Below are positions 26,276-39,888 of a stretch of DNA of 64,000 bases, piece by piece. The first letter of the stretch is position 1. Every line of letters begins with the position of its first letter. Source of the DNA: the human T2T-CHM13v2.0 reference genome, Homo sapiens; NCBI RefSeq assembly GCF_009914755.1, contig NC_060942.1; one strand, given 5' to 3'. The notes under the pieces were generated by a model. That model had not been told where the DNA came from. It was given only the letters and a program-made list of their open reading frames with translations, and searched no databases. A program made the translations under genes and the position numbers.

Positions 26276-28344
26276 CTTGGATGGTACCATCTGAGGTCTT
26301 ATAACAACACAATGAAATAATACAGTGTTGAGAAATGGTTAAGCGCTGTGTAAATGATAGTTAAGATAATTTGAAGTCAAGAAAAATTGCCAGATCTTTC
26401 TGCACATGACCGTCTTATACATGTGGTTTCAGAGTGGCTTCCCTGTCTACACCGTATCTGCTAGTGTCCACAGACCTTGGCCTCTCCTATGGACAGAGCA
26501 GCACGATGAAGCTGTAGGGATGTTAGTTCTCTCCCCAAGCTACCAAGGTGATCTAGGTAGAAGTGAAGGGAGAATTGTTCTCCTCCATGTGCTACAGACA
26601 AGTCAGAGACTTGGACCCTTCCCGGATTATGAATGCTCTGTTGATCTGCTCCTTTTACGTGGGAAGAAAAGAACTAATATCCAAACACAAAATGCTTAGG
26701 CCCCTTCAAACAAGAATCTTAACTGCTCACTGGGTGTCTTATTTTGTGTACTTCTACCAACATCTCTGGAAGCTGTACAGAACAGAAAATTTATCCCCTT
26801 TTCACACCTGGGGAAACAGAAGTAGAAAGAGGTGAAATCATTTCTAAGGTCACAGCATTCATCACTATTAACAACAAGGACCATTAAGTTAAATATTTCT
26901 TTACTCTAAATTCAGAGTTTTATCTATAGTAGATTTTTGTGCCTAAAAAGCTCATGTTTTGGTTCTTTTATGCTAAGTTTTACTTCAGCATTTCTTCTGA
27001 TGTATGGCCCAAATTCTGCTTCAGTGAGTCTTGCTCAAAACTCATTTCTTTGGTGAACCATCCTCTAATCTCATATGACCACAGGCTCTCCTTAGACCGA
27101 AGCTCCCAGACATGGTCTTTGAAAAATGACATCATAATCCTAAAAAGAAATGAAGGAAATTGAAACCAATCTTTGTGACATACTATTTTTATTTGGTCGC
27201 TCATGCTATTTAGATGGAGAGGGCACTGGATAGGGACTATATCTTTTCCATGTTTTATACCATGCTTAGTAAGTTCTCAGAATATAATAAATGTTTCACA
27301 GGCCAATGAAAAATTTCAAAGCATATAACCTACTGGGGAGGTTGTAAAATTATTCACGGCTGACACTGATGAGAAGATCAGAGTTTCACTCTACAGGGAG
27401 ACGACACTGGTGACACTCCGAGAATACATGGGGTATTTCAATAAAACCTATTTTTAGAATGAATGTTAATAAGACATTTACAAATATGTATAAAAATAAG
27501 ATGCTAATTTATACCACTCTATAATAAAATTAATAGTTGGTACTGGTTATTTATCCTATGATACACTAATTTCAATATGATTCTTACAAGAGGAGCTTTA
27601 AAGTGATCTATTGCTGATCAAGTGAGATACATGTATAGGAGAACATATGTATATTAAATATTGTATATGTAAATTATTTTTAATGATGACATCATGTCTG
27701 ATGTTTGAACAAGTGAAAGGGCTTTGTGGAATTCTTGGAAAAGTGCAAAGATGCTGGACAAATACAATTTGAAATAGAACTGTCCTTACTGTAACCATAT
27801 GACAGTTACATAGGCTGTCAGAAAAAATTACCTGGAACAAGAGGTAGGAGAAAGATTATCTAGAATATGAAGGAGAAAGTATTTTAGTAATATGCATGGA
27901 AGTTGACAGTAACCATTATTGGACATTTGCTTCTTTAATTTAACTGTTGTAATGCCCTGATGTCAGTTTTCATTGCAAATGATACGTTTACTAATGTGTA
28001 TATGTGTAACTGAAAGACTTAGTTCCTATATGTTCTGTAATAGTCCAAACACATCCATAGAAGAAGGTTGATACAAAGAAATTTCAGGGTCATTGAAGGA
28101 GTGGGTACATGGAACCACTGAGAAGCAGAGCCTGTGAGAGACTCAAGTCCAGGTCAATGGTCAATGCTGGAATGAGCTGGGTGGAGCAGAGCGACCTGGA
28201 GTAGAATATGTCCTCAAGCAAGACTGAAGTAGGAGGATAGGGAGGGAGGTGGTTTATCTGAGATGCCTTGGGAATTAAATGTCACTCCCAAGATAGTCAG
28301 AAGGAACCAGTTCATTATTTTAAAAGGCTAGGAAAATGGAAAGA

Positions 28345-28780
28345 TTGACTGATTCATTCAATTCAAATATCTGTTGTGTACTTATTATGTGGCAGCCTTC
28401 ATGCTAGACATTGGATATACAATGGTGACTCAGTCATAGTTCCTGAGATTAAAGAACTCACTGTCCTGTGAGAGTGACTGTTAAATTAATAGATGAAAAG
28501 TGCTAGGTGCTATGATAATGATGACGACAATTCTTTGAACATTTGCTATGTGTCAAGTATATATTTTATCCGCATTTACATGCATCAAGACATTTGGTTT
28601 TTATTTGAATACCCTGATAGATAAGAGTAACTCCTGATATCACATAAGAGGAGAGTATCTAATCCAGTTTAGGAGGATTATGTAAGATGGTGAATATCTT
28701 AAATGAAAGTGGAGATGAGACGGGAGTGTGAGGGGGAGTAGGGTGGAGACAGGGGAGCATTCTGGGGGCACATCAGAATT
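28345..28780 (-). mobile_element. L2 3' end
   Basis: 'ttcattcaattcaaatatctgttgtgtacttattatgtggcag...gctagacattggatatacaatggtga'. Confidence 0.7.
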
Positions 28781-28932
28781 GGTGTAAGATTGCAGCTGGT
28801 TCCCTCTCCTCTACATTGCAGCCCTACTTAGCAGGTTTTGCATAAATAACATAGTTCCTGGCAAAAGAGTCATCCCATACATAATTAGAAAAATCAAGTT
28901 CCACCCCCACAACTTGCTTTGTCTCCTTGGGA

Positions 28933-29350
28933 TGTAGATGTTGTTCTTGTTAGCCAATGTATCTGGTCTCCTCTCTAGTAACGCAGAAGATTAAGTTTCC
29001 TTTATCCCTAAAGACATAGCCATGGAATTTGCTTTGGCCAGTGATATGTGAGCAGACGTGAATTGGGTGGAGGCACACAGTTGTTGGTTTGACTCTCCAT
29101 CCGCCTCTTGGTTCTATTGAATCAGGAAATCATGTGTTCCTGACGGCATGATTGTAGGGACTGGAGGCTCTGTCCATGTGGATCAGTGAATTGCTTCACC
29201 GAGTGTCCTCAGTGTCAGAGTGAAGCTCTGGAGGGTCATCCTGACCTACAGCAAGTTTTGAGTGAGAAATAAATCTCTGTTCTGTGAAGCTGCTGACATT
29301 TTGTGGGGAGCAGTGTTTGTAACTGCAACATAATGTCGCCTATCCTGCTT
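28933..29350 (+). mobile_element. Old MLT1 (H-J class) solo LTR
   Basis: 'ttgctttggccagtgatatgtgagcagacgtga...gagaaataaatctctgttctgtgaagctgctgacattttg...tgtttgtaactgcaacataa'. Confidence 0.75.
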
Positions 29351-31394
29351 GCCCTTATTTCAGTTGAAAACCTTTTTATTTTTAGATTTCCACCTCGTTT
29401 TTATATCCTTTGACTAACTTTTACTATAAGGTATTGTGCATGGGCCCTTAGTAACATCCACACATGTGCTGGAATGAAATTACTTTTGAAAATAATACAC
29501 TATTATTTACAAATCTTTTGGTGAATTTCAGATGAGAGTTTGAATTAAAAATATGAGAAATGATTCTATTAAAACACTATATAGGCAATACTCTGCAAGA
29601 CACATTCAATAATATATTTCCTTCAATGGTTTGATGTTTGTTAATTTATTTTTACTGGCATGATACACTCTACAGTTTTCATATAATCACTAACTAAGTT
29701 ACCAGAATTTTCAGATAATATGACATTCCTATATTTATTAGGAATAAGCTCCTTAAAAATTATGGATGTGAGTTAAATCCATATATCCTTCTGGAGCTAT
29801 TTCTCTTTTTAAAGGGTATGTTTCCACTACATTGCTAGACCTCACAGTTTGCATTAATTAAAATATGCATTAATAGAATTCACTGAAGTTGGAATTTCAA
29901 TGTTAGACACTTTTGGATGGTATGAGAAGGTTGGACAAACATTTGCAAATTTGGACCAGTTTTTTGCTTACAATCTGTTGTCAGTTTTGTTTCTTGAAGA
30001 AACTCATAGCTAAAGTAAAAACAGATTAATATAAATTCAGGTATAAATACATCATCAGTAGACAACGAACAAAATTTCAAATGAGATTCTGTTTATTATA
30101 TAATTTACAAAGAATAAGGGAAGCTGAGATTTTTGGGGGTGTTTTTATTTGGAAACCCAGAGAAAGAGAGCAGGAGGTTGTAAGATTTTTTCCTGTAGAA
30201 GGGCTGCCCTCCCACCAAACACAGAAAAGATGGGCCATAGATTGATATTTCAAGTCCTTTTGTTTGTTTGTTTTAGCACCCATCCCAAGATTAAGTATTA
30301 ATACTATGCTAGACTCTGCAAGAAACAGTAGATGTAAATGTTGAGATTACCCAAAAAGGCAAAGAAATTGGTTATGTCTCATAGTCTTGATGACTGAAAA
30401 AAATAGCCTTTGCCTTGGTTATGTCTACACTTTCTTCTTCCAGGTTCTGTCACTTTTCTACACTCAGAATTCCTTGTCTCTCTCCCAGCTCTTCCCCTGT
30501 TCCCTCTTTTTCTCCCTTTCCTTTCTTTCCTGGTGTGGCTCTGTCTGACTTCCACTTTTTCACTCTTTCTACCTCTTAGGTTCTTGGGGGAGGGAGGAAA
30601 TGAGATGAGATGTTTTAAACTTCCTTTGGCAGAAAGCAGCATATTTTCTGATCATCCTTTTCCAACCTTTTGACTGAGCAGCTTATTGGGGGCTTGTTTT
30701 AATATTTTCACAACCATTATTATGCACGTTCCATCATTTCTTTACTTGGCTAAGTAGGGCTCTGAACAAAGAGGTCTAAACAAATGGGAATGATAAGACC
30801 TATCCTGGCAAAACATTTTTAGCACCAGACTATTTTGTATAATGCATATCTTACTGCTGTATACAAGGTTTAAATCATGTGGTAAGATAATTATAGATTA
30901 AAAATTGTACCTTAGAGATAATATGTGCAAAATAAAGTGGAGTAAAGAGTGATTCACTTGAGAGCAGAATTATGCCATTATCAGAAAAATTAAATTCTAA
31001 GCCTCAAGATTCAGGTTTCCCTTGTGGGGTTCATTCTGAGTGCACTTGTTTCTCTTTCCGCCACTTTCTCTTTTCTGTTCAGTGTCTCTGAGAAATCAGT
31101 GTTGTCAGGTAGTTTGCTAGCAGAGGCATTGGTGCTCTAAGCAGGAAGTAAAAGTCATTGTAGTAATTGGATTGACAAAGATGGAGCTGGTGGGAGGTCT
31201 CCCAGATTCTCCTCCAGTGGTCTTTCCAGTACAACATGTTGTCTGTAATATCTACTTGGCTTTGGAATAGAATCAAAAGCTTTAATCTTCTGTACAAGTA
31301 TGAGTGCTCATGCACACACACAGACAGCGATCTTTTATGTACAAATGCACATATTCCATTACTTCAGGTAATTATACATTTACCTATCTGATTA

Positions 31395-31477
31395 TTTCAT
31401 ATATGTATACACACATATATACATACACACCTATATATATATATACACACACAAGCACACATATATATACGCACACA
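31395..31477. repeat. Degenerate (TA)/(CA) low-complexity repeat
   Basis: Read directly from the sequence. Confidence 0.8.
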
Positions 31478-31571
31478 ATGTTCTGCTACCAAACCTCTCT
31501 ACAGGGACATAATTGAATTAGGCAGAGCAAAAGATCCCTGGTGATCATGAACACTGTTTCCAAAACATGAG

Positions 31572-31927
31572 TGATGTGGTTTGGCTGGGTCACCACTCAG
31601 ATGTCATCTTGAATTACCACTTGTTGTGGGAGGGACCTGGTGGGAGGTAATTGAATCATGGGGGCAGGTCTTTTCCATGCCATTCTCATGATAGTGAGTA
31701 AGTCTCACAAGATCTGATGGTTATTATAAGGGGGAGTTTTCCTGCACAAGCTCTCTCTTTGCCTGCTGCCATCCATGTAAGATATGACTTGCTCCTCCTT
31801 ACCTTCCACCATGATTGTGAAGCTTCCCCAGACATGTGGAACTGTAAGTCCAATTAAACCTCTTTCTTTTGTAAATTGCCCAGTCTCAGGTATGTCTTTA
31901 TCAGCAGTGTGAAAACAGACTAATACA
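31572..31927 (+). mobile_element. THE1A/B solo LTR
   Basis: 'tgatgtggtttggctg...gggagggacctggtgggaggtaattgaatcatgggggcaggtc...aacagactaataca'; TSD atgag / atggg. Confidence 0.93.
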
Positions 31928-32156
31928 ATGGGCAACCCAGTTACCACTAAACAGGGGTTGACAGCAATTACACAGCTATTGTGGGAACTCCCAAAAGAGA
32001 ATACCTTATATGCTCTCGTTTTATTTCACCTTTGCAGATTTGTTGTTTCATTAATGAATTGCTCCACCTGTTTAATATGCACCAGGACAACAAAGCCAAG
32101 AATTCTCTCAAACAACTTACACTTGGGTCTGGAATACACTATAAAAGTGTCCTTAT

Positions 32157-32685
32157 GTATATCTCCTAAAGCTATCCCTCCCCCCTCCCCCCACCCCACA
32201 ACAGTCCCCAGAGTGTGATATTCCCCTTCCTGTGTCCATGTGTTCTCATTGTTCAATTCCCACCTATGAGTGAGAATATGCGGTGTTTGATTTTTTGTTC
32301 TTGCAATAGTTTACTGAGAATGATGATTTCCAATTTCATCCATGTCCCTACAAAGGACATGAACTCATCATTTTTTGTGGCTGCATAGTATTCCATGGTG
32401 TATATGTGCCACATTTTCTTAATCCAGTCTATCATTGTTGGACATTTGGGTTGGTTCCAAGTCTTTGCTATTGTGAATAGTGCCGCAATAAACATACGTG
32501 TGCATGTGTCTTTATAGCAGCATGATTTATAGTCCTTTGGGTATATACCCAGTAATGGGATGGCTACCTAATGCTAAATGACGAGTTAATGGGTGCAGCA
32601 CACCAGCATGGCACATGTATACATATGTAACTAACCTGCACATTGTGCACATGTACCCTAAAACTTAAAGTATAATAATTTTAAA
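32157..32685 (+). mobile_element. L1PA2/3 3' end with 5' inversion (twin priming)
   Basis: Antisense L1 at 32157-32565, sense 3' terminus from 32566; TSD aaaagtgtccttat / aacagtgtccttat. Confidence 0.93.
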
Positions 32686-35158
32686 AACAGTGTCCTTATA
32701 TAGCATAGTTCCCATTCTAGTTATACTTTATTATAGCTGATGGTGCAAATTAGTTTAAATTTCCTGCACACATATACTAGCTGAATTTGGAGGAGGTGGT
32801 CCAGGTTTGTATTGGATGCAATGTGAGATAGAAATGGATAAGAAATTTGCCTTGGACAGAGAAACGTCCCTCTTTTTGTGGTGGTAGAAAGGAGACCATG
32901 GAAGACTGTGGGGACATTGATAACTTTTTTTATTACAAAAACATGAATTTATTTACCTGATTTTTTATTGTAGACACATTAACAACTAATTTTTCAATAA
33001 CTTATTTTTTACTACAAAATACTTTTTTATAGGAAAAAATATAAATAAGCACATCTGAAAATTCATTTCCATTTAAAAATACATGGGACTCGATCTGCAC
33101 TAAAGGATCCACATATTAAGTGTAGTTATCCCTGGAGGAGGGTTTACTAGTGCAGTTATTTTATTTTTATGGTTCCTTTGGAGAGAACCAGAGAGCTGCT
33201 TTAAAAAGTGCTGTTGAATTAGACCTGTGTGAGAAATCACTGTAAAATACTTGAAAACAAAACAAAACAAAACAAAAAAACCCTGAAAAATCTAGGAATG
33301 AAACACCCTGATTGTACCCCAAATTCTTTAAACTTTTTGTATTTTCCTTTAAAGAACCAAACTGGAAAAATGGTTGACAGCACAGTACAGGTGTGTGCAA
33401 CCACACATAGTTCTAGCAGCAGTTGAGAATCAAAGACCAGTCTGTGGCTCTATAGCAACAAATTATCATCAAATAAATGTACATTTGTATGTTTTAAGTT
33501 ACAATAAAATGCTTAAGGTCTTTTGTGTCTCTTTAAAATTTTTTTATTTCTTTTTTTTTACTGTAATTGACTGTTTTTGACAACTCATCCTGGTCTTTCT
33601 TTCTAACTCTCATTTCCTATAGTGGTAGATATCATAATCTAGTCAATTCCAATTAAACTACATCACTTTGGAACTTTTCTTAACACTTCAGTCTTTTTAA
33701 AATTAAATGTTTTCTTGCGAGGTAATGGGAAAGTCACAGAGTTGTAAGAAATAATAGAGGGAGATCTTGTGTACTATATATCTAGTTTCCCACAAGAGTA
33801 ATATCTTGTACAACTGTAGTTAAATTTCACAACCAGGATACTAACAATGATAAAGTTAAGAGACACAGACATTTTCTTCACCACAAGACTGCTCATGCTG
33901 CCCTCTTATAATTATATCCACCTTTTTCCTGCCTCTGTCTCCTGAGCACCTGACAACCACTCTTCTGTTCTCCATTCTTTAGTTATGCCATTTAAAAAAT
34001 GTTCTATAAATGGAATCATATAGCATGTAAACTTTTGAGATTGGCTTCTTTCACTCAGCATAATTCTCTAGAGATTCATCTAGGTTATTTGTTGCTGAGC
34101 ATCGTGCCATGGTATCGATGTACCAGTATGTTCAACATTCACCTATTGAGAGAAATTTTCACTGTTTCCAGGATGGGGCTATTATGAATAAATCTGCTCT
34201 AAACCTTTGTGTACAGGTTTTTCTGCGAACATAAGTTTTTATTTCTCTGGGATAAATGGCCAAGAGTGTAATTACTGTATCATATGGTAGCGGCATAGTT
34301 AGAATTTTAGAAACTGCTACACTTTTCCAGAGTGGCTGTATAACATTCCCACTAGATTTGTTTGAATAATCCTCATTCTTGCCAGCATTTAGTGATATCA
34401 CTACTTTTTATTTTAGCCATTCTGATGGGTATGTAGTGCTATCTCATGGTGATTTTAATTTTCATTTCTCCAACAGCTAGTGATGTTGAGTATCTTTTCA
34501 TCTGCTTATTGCCATCTGTACATTCTCTTTGGTGAAATATCTGTTTTTGTCTTTTGCCCATTTTCTAATTGGATTGTCTGTGTTTTTACCATTGAGTTTT
34601 GAAAGTTATTATTATTTTTTCTAGATACCAGTCCTTTGTCAGATATGGGGTTTGCAAATATTTTCTCTCAGTCTGTGGCTGTCTTGTCATTCCCTTAACA
34701 GGGTCTCTCACAAAGCAGAAGTTTTTAACTTTTATGAAGCCCAAATTATCAATATTTTCATTTGTGTGTCATGCTTTTGGTGTCAAATTTACAAGCGATT
34801 TTCCTAATTCTGCATCCTGAAAATTTTCTCCTTTTTGTTCCTAAAAGTTTTAGTTTTATATTTTACATTTAAGGCCATGATTCAAATTTAGTTAATCTTT
34901 ACAGAAGCTGTGGGGACTTACGTCAAAATTTCTTCCCCCATCACTTACTGATGTCAGATAGCTCCAGCACCATTTGTTGAAAAGGCTGTCTTTTGTCTAT
35001 AGAATTGCTTTTGCACTTTGTAAAAAATCAGCTTAGCATATTTGTGTGGGTCTACTTCTGAGTCCTTTATTCTGTTCCACTGGTTTATCTGTTTATTTCT
35101 CTGCTAAAGCTTCGTAGTCTTTTTTACCGTAGCTATTGCCTTGAAATTGGGTAGATTG

Positions 35159-35499
35159 ACTTCCACAATGGTTGAACTAGTTTACATGAATGAAATTGGA
35201 AATCATCATTCTCAGTAAACTATCGCAAGAACAAAAAACCAAACACCGCATATTCTCACTCATAGGTGGGAATTGAACAATGAGAACACATAGACACAGG
35301 AAGGGGAACATCACACTCTGGGGACTGTTGTGGGGTGGGGGGAGGGGGGAGGGATAGCATTGGGAGATATACCTAATGCTAGATGACAAGTTAGTGGGTG
35401 CAGCACACCAGCATGGCACATGTATACATATGTAACTAACCTGCACATTGTGCACATGTACCCTAAAACTTAAAGTATAATAATAATAAAAATAAAAAT
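35159..35499 (+). mobile_element. L1PA2 3' end with a 28-bp 5' inversion
   Basis: Perfect 15-bp TSD aaattgggtagattg (35144-58 / 35500-14); inverted 'acttccacaatggttgaactagtttaca'; 'gatgacaagttagtggg' is the CpG-decayed GAG diagnostic. Confidence 0.93.
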
Positions 35500-35533
35500 A
35501 AATTGGGTAGATTGGTTCCTCCCACTGTATTCC

Positions 35534-35859
35534 TTTTTTTTTTACAAGCTTAATGTTCTATTTATTCAAACTATTTATTCAAAATACAAATCATCAACAT
35601 AATTTGCCACTAAAATTTCATGCAGTCCCTTCACAAGACACATGATCCACTGGGAGTTAATAAATTAGCAGCTGGCAGGCAGTGACACACAGCAAAAATG
35701 AAAACCAAGAGGTGAAATAGTTCTGAAATAAAGAAGGTTTTAAAGCTAAGAGAAATCATTGAATTACTAAGTCATTAGCACTAATTTTGAGCCAACTAAC
35801 TAATTAACATTAGATGATACAATGTCCTATGCTTTGGTAAATTCAAACTATGTTTAAAC
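35534..35859 (-). pseudogene. Processed mRNA 3'UTR retrocopy
   Basis: T10 at 35534-43; two minus-strand AATAAA (35561-66, 35574-79); about 315 bp of non-L1 sequence interrupting the L1MC. Parent gene not established (an unverified recollection suggests the SEPTIN14 3'UTR family). Confidence 0.78.
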
Positions 35860-37588
35860 ACTCTTCTTTGCCTTTCAATATAAACTTTGGAATAATCTTG
35901 TCTATATCTGTAAACAAGCTGGGATTTTCATAAGAATTGTGATAAATCAGTACATCAATTTGGGGAAATTGACATCTTTACTATCCTGAGTCTACAGATC
36001 TTACATTAACACAGTGTGTCTTTCCACGTATTTAGATCTTTGATTATTTTCATCAGCATTTTGTAGTTTTCAGCAAAAGTTTTTCAGACCTACACATGTT
36101 TTGTTAGATTTACACGTAAGTATTTTATTTTTTGAGTAATTACAAATAGTATTATAATTTTAATTTCATGTGTTCATTGATAGCATGGAGAAAAACAATT
36201 GAATGTTTATCTTGTATCCTGCAACCTTGCTGAAGACACTTGTTAGTTCTAGGATTATTTTTGGTAGATTTTTGAAATTTCTATACAGGCATTATGCCGT
36301 GTGCAAATAAGAACAATTTTGCTTCTTTCCTTCTAATCTATATGCCTTGCATTTTCTTTTCTTGCCTTATTGACCTGGTTAGAACTTTCAGCATTCAGTT
36401 GAATAAAATAAGAGTAGTGAGAGTAGACATTCTTGCATTCTTCCTAATCTTTGCAGGAAACTATTATGTTTCCTATAATGTTAACTGTAGGTTTTATTTT
36501 GTTTTTTGTTTTTTCACTCCTAGATGTTCTTTCTTAAATGATGTTCTGCTGTTTCCATTTTTCTGAGAGGTTTCATTATTAAAGGGTATGAAATTTTGTC
36601 AGATGCTTTTTTAGTCTCAGTTGACATGAGCATGTCATTTATCTTCTTAAGTGGATTACATTGATTAATTTTCAAATACTGAATCAGGCTTGTATCCCTA
36701 GAATAAACCACATTTGGTTATGGTGAATATTTTTATATACTGATGAATTCTATTTGCTAATATTTTAAGGATTTTGTGTCCATACTCATGAGGGATTATT
36801 TGTATGAAGTTTTCTTACTTTGTAATTTATTTGTCTGGTTTTGGTATTGGGGCAATACCAGTTTTAGTATCAGGACAATAAAATGAATTGGTAATTGTTC
36901 CTTCCTCTTTAATTTTTCCGGAATTGATTGTGTAAAACTGGTGACTCTCTTGTTTAATTATTTGATAAAATTCTTCAGTGAAACAATCTGGGCTTGGAGA
37001 TTTCTTTTTGGGGAGGTTTTAAATTATAAATTTAATTTTCTTAATAGTTACGGGGCTATTCAATTTATCTATTTCATATTGGCTTATTTTTGGCATTTCA
37101 CATTTTTTGAATAGTCCATTTCATGTAAGATGTCAAATTTATCTGTGCAGAGTTTATAGTATTCGCTTATTATTTTTTGGATATCTGCAGGTGTATAGTG
37201 ATATCCCTTGTTTAATTCCTGATATTGGTAAATTGTCTCCTCTCTTTTTCTCTTTGTCAGTATTGCTAGAGGTTTGTCAATTTTATTAATCTTTTTGAAG
37301 AAAAAACTTTTTTGTTTAATTGATTTTCTCTATTGTTTTCAATTTTGCTAATTTTTGCATTTTATTATTTCTTTTCTTATGATTCTGTGGGTTTATTCTG
37401 TTCTCTTTTTAATCTTTAGATGAGAACTTAAGTTATTGATTTGAGACATTTCCTCTTTTCTGATCTAAGCATTTGGTGCTGTAAATTTCTCTTGCCACAT
37501 TGCTTTAGCTGTATCCTATAAATGTTATGTTGTATTTTCCTTTTCTTTCAGTTCAATATATTTTTATTTCTCTTGAGACTTCCTCTTT

Positions 37589-37804
37589 TTTATGCTAAAC
37601 ATTTAAGGTATATATCAATGGACGAATGAGTTAAAAAATCATGAAACGTATACAACAGAACATTATTCAGCCTTAAAAAAGGAGATTCTGCCATTTACAA
37701 GAAAATGGATGAAACTGGAGGACATCATGTCAAGAGAAGTGAGTCAGACACACACACAAAATAATGCAAGATCTCACTTATATGTGGAATCTAGAAAAAT
37801 GTCA
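37589..37804. other. TSD-flanked orphan insert containing an internal L1MA fragment
   Basis: agacttcctcttt (37576-88) / agacttccttttt (37805-17) flank a plus-strand L1MA piece inside the minus-strand L1MC. Confidence 0.72.
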
Positions 37805-39174
37805 AGACTTCCTTTTTGATCATGAATTATTTTGGAGTTTTATTTATTAAATGTTTGTAAATTTTCCTTTTACCTCTGTTATTGATTTCTAGTTTGATTA
37901 CGTGTGTTGGAGAATATATTCTGTATGATTTCAAAATATACTCTGTAGGATTTGTTGAGGTTTGTGTTATAGAACAGAATATGTTATATCTTGATATAGG
38001 ATGTGGGAACTTTAAAAGAATGTGTAAAAGAATGTACGCTTATATAGTATGGTGGAGTATTTGATACATGTTAATTAGATCCTGCTCGTTGATGGTATTT
38101 CTTATTTCTTCTATATATTTGCTGATTTTCCTTCTGATTGTTCTGTCAGTTATTGAGAGAAAGATATTAACGTCTCCGCTGTAATTGTGGGTTTACCTTT
38201 TCCTCCTTTCGGTTTTATCAGTTTTTGCTTCATATATTTTGCAGCCCTGTTTTTAGTTACATACACATTTAGGATTGCCATGTCTTCTTGGTAGATTGAC
38301 TTTTTGTTATTATAAAATGTCTATCTCTAGTAATTATCTTTGCTGTGAAGTCTATATTATCAAATATTAGTATAGCCTCTCCTGCTTTCTTTTGATTGAT
38401 GTTTGAAGGGTATAGTTTGAAGTCTAGCCTTGTCTCTTGGCCCTTGCTGGTAGGGTTGGGGTGGTATTTGACTGTAGTAGTGCACCTACTCTCCAAGATT
38501 TTTCTGTCTTCTTCTGCTGTGCTTTTCTTGGGCCTTTAGTTAGCAAGAGGGAATTTCTGTTGGGGATTGGTGTGTGTGTGTATCTGTGTTCCCATTGGTG
38601 TTTTACAGTTGCTGGTTCCTTCAGCTCCAAATCTTGAGTGGATGAGGCAAAAAGAAAACCCAAGAAAGTCATCACCATGTTGCCCCTTGGGTCCTGAGGT
38701 CCCTAGTGGACCTGCCCTTTCCCCCCCATCTTTTAGAGTCTTCTTATGTTTGTTTTACGTATAACATCCAGGGCTTTTAGTTGTATTTTGCAGGAGGAAT
38801 AAGGAAAAGTATATCAACTCCATCTTCCCTGAGGCAGAAATCAGGATGCCAAGTTCTTCGGGTTTTCCATCTCAGATTTTAATATACAGTAATTTCAAAG
38901 ATTTTTTTCTCTAACCCTTCATTCCAAGATGGTGTCTACAGAGCTTGAGAGTATCAGGGTTGAGGGTAGGTATGTTGGCTGTTCTTCACACTCTACTGCT
39001 GAAGAGGGAATTTATTCTTTAGGACAATGATATATATGGCAACTGCCATCTTCCCTGAAGCCCATGATCCTGCAATAACCTCTGGTCACCAGATCCATTC
39101 AGGTCAGTCTGTCTTTCTTATAGCCCTTGCCATTCAGTTCTACTTGCATTTTTCCAACTCTGTTTATTTTTTAA

Positions 39175-39513
<339 letters not shown>

Positions 39514-39797
39514 TGATAATATAGAAAAATTATACTGTTATGGGGCCAGGAAACTTGGGAATTTAATTGGATAGCCTGGTAAGGGTGGAGAAACCAAAAT
39601 TATATAAAGAAGCCTAAATTTCAGGTCTGCTCATAGTATATGTGGGATATGAAGGCCTACATATTGAATATACTTTCTTTTACTGAGACAATAGCAACTG
39701 GAATTACCAATCAAAATTTAAAGCAACACTTACATCAGGAAATAAACACAAATTTTATCTACCACCTTTAAACACTACAATGGTTTTGCATATGCAG

Positions 39798-39841
39798 TGT
39801 GTCAGTTAGGGGTCCATAAAAAAAGCAAAACCAGCACGAGA

Positions 39842-39888
<47 letters not shown>

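Larger units (their letters stand above)
33695..38845 (-). mobile_element. Long L1MC/L1MD-class element with internal deletions, hosting three later insertions
   Basis: 3' end 'gagttgtaagaaataatagagggagatc...cacaaccaggata'; ORF2 remnants (ORFs at 36520 'NQCN...EKASDKI' and 38269 'NQKKAGEAILI'); 5'-end-like 'ggaaaagtatatcaactccatcttccc'. Confidence 0.85.

Noticed and set aside
30379-30673. 87-aa hydrophobic and basic ORFs on opposite strands
   Set aside because: They arise from a CT-rich low-complexity tract.
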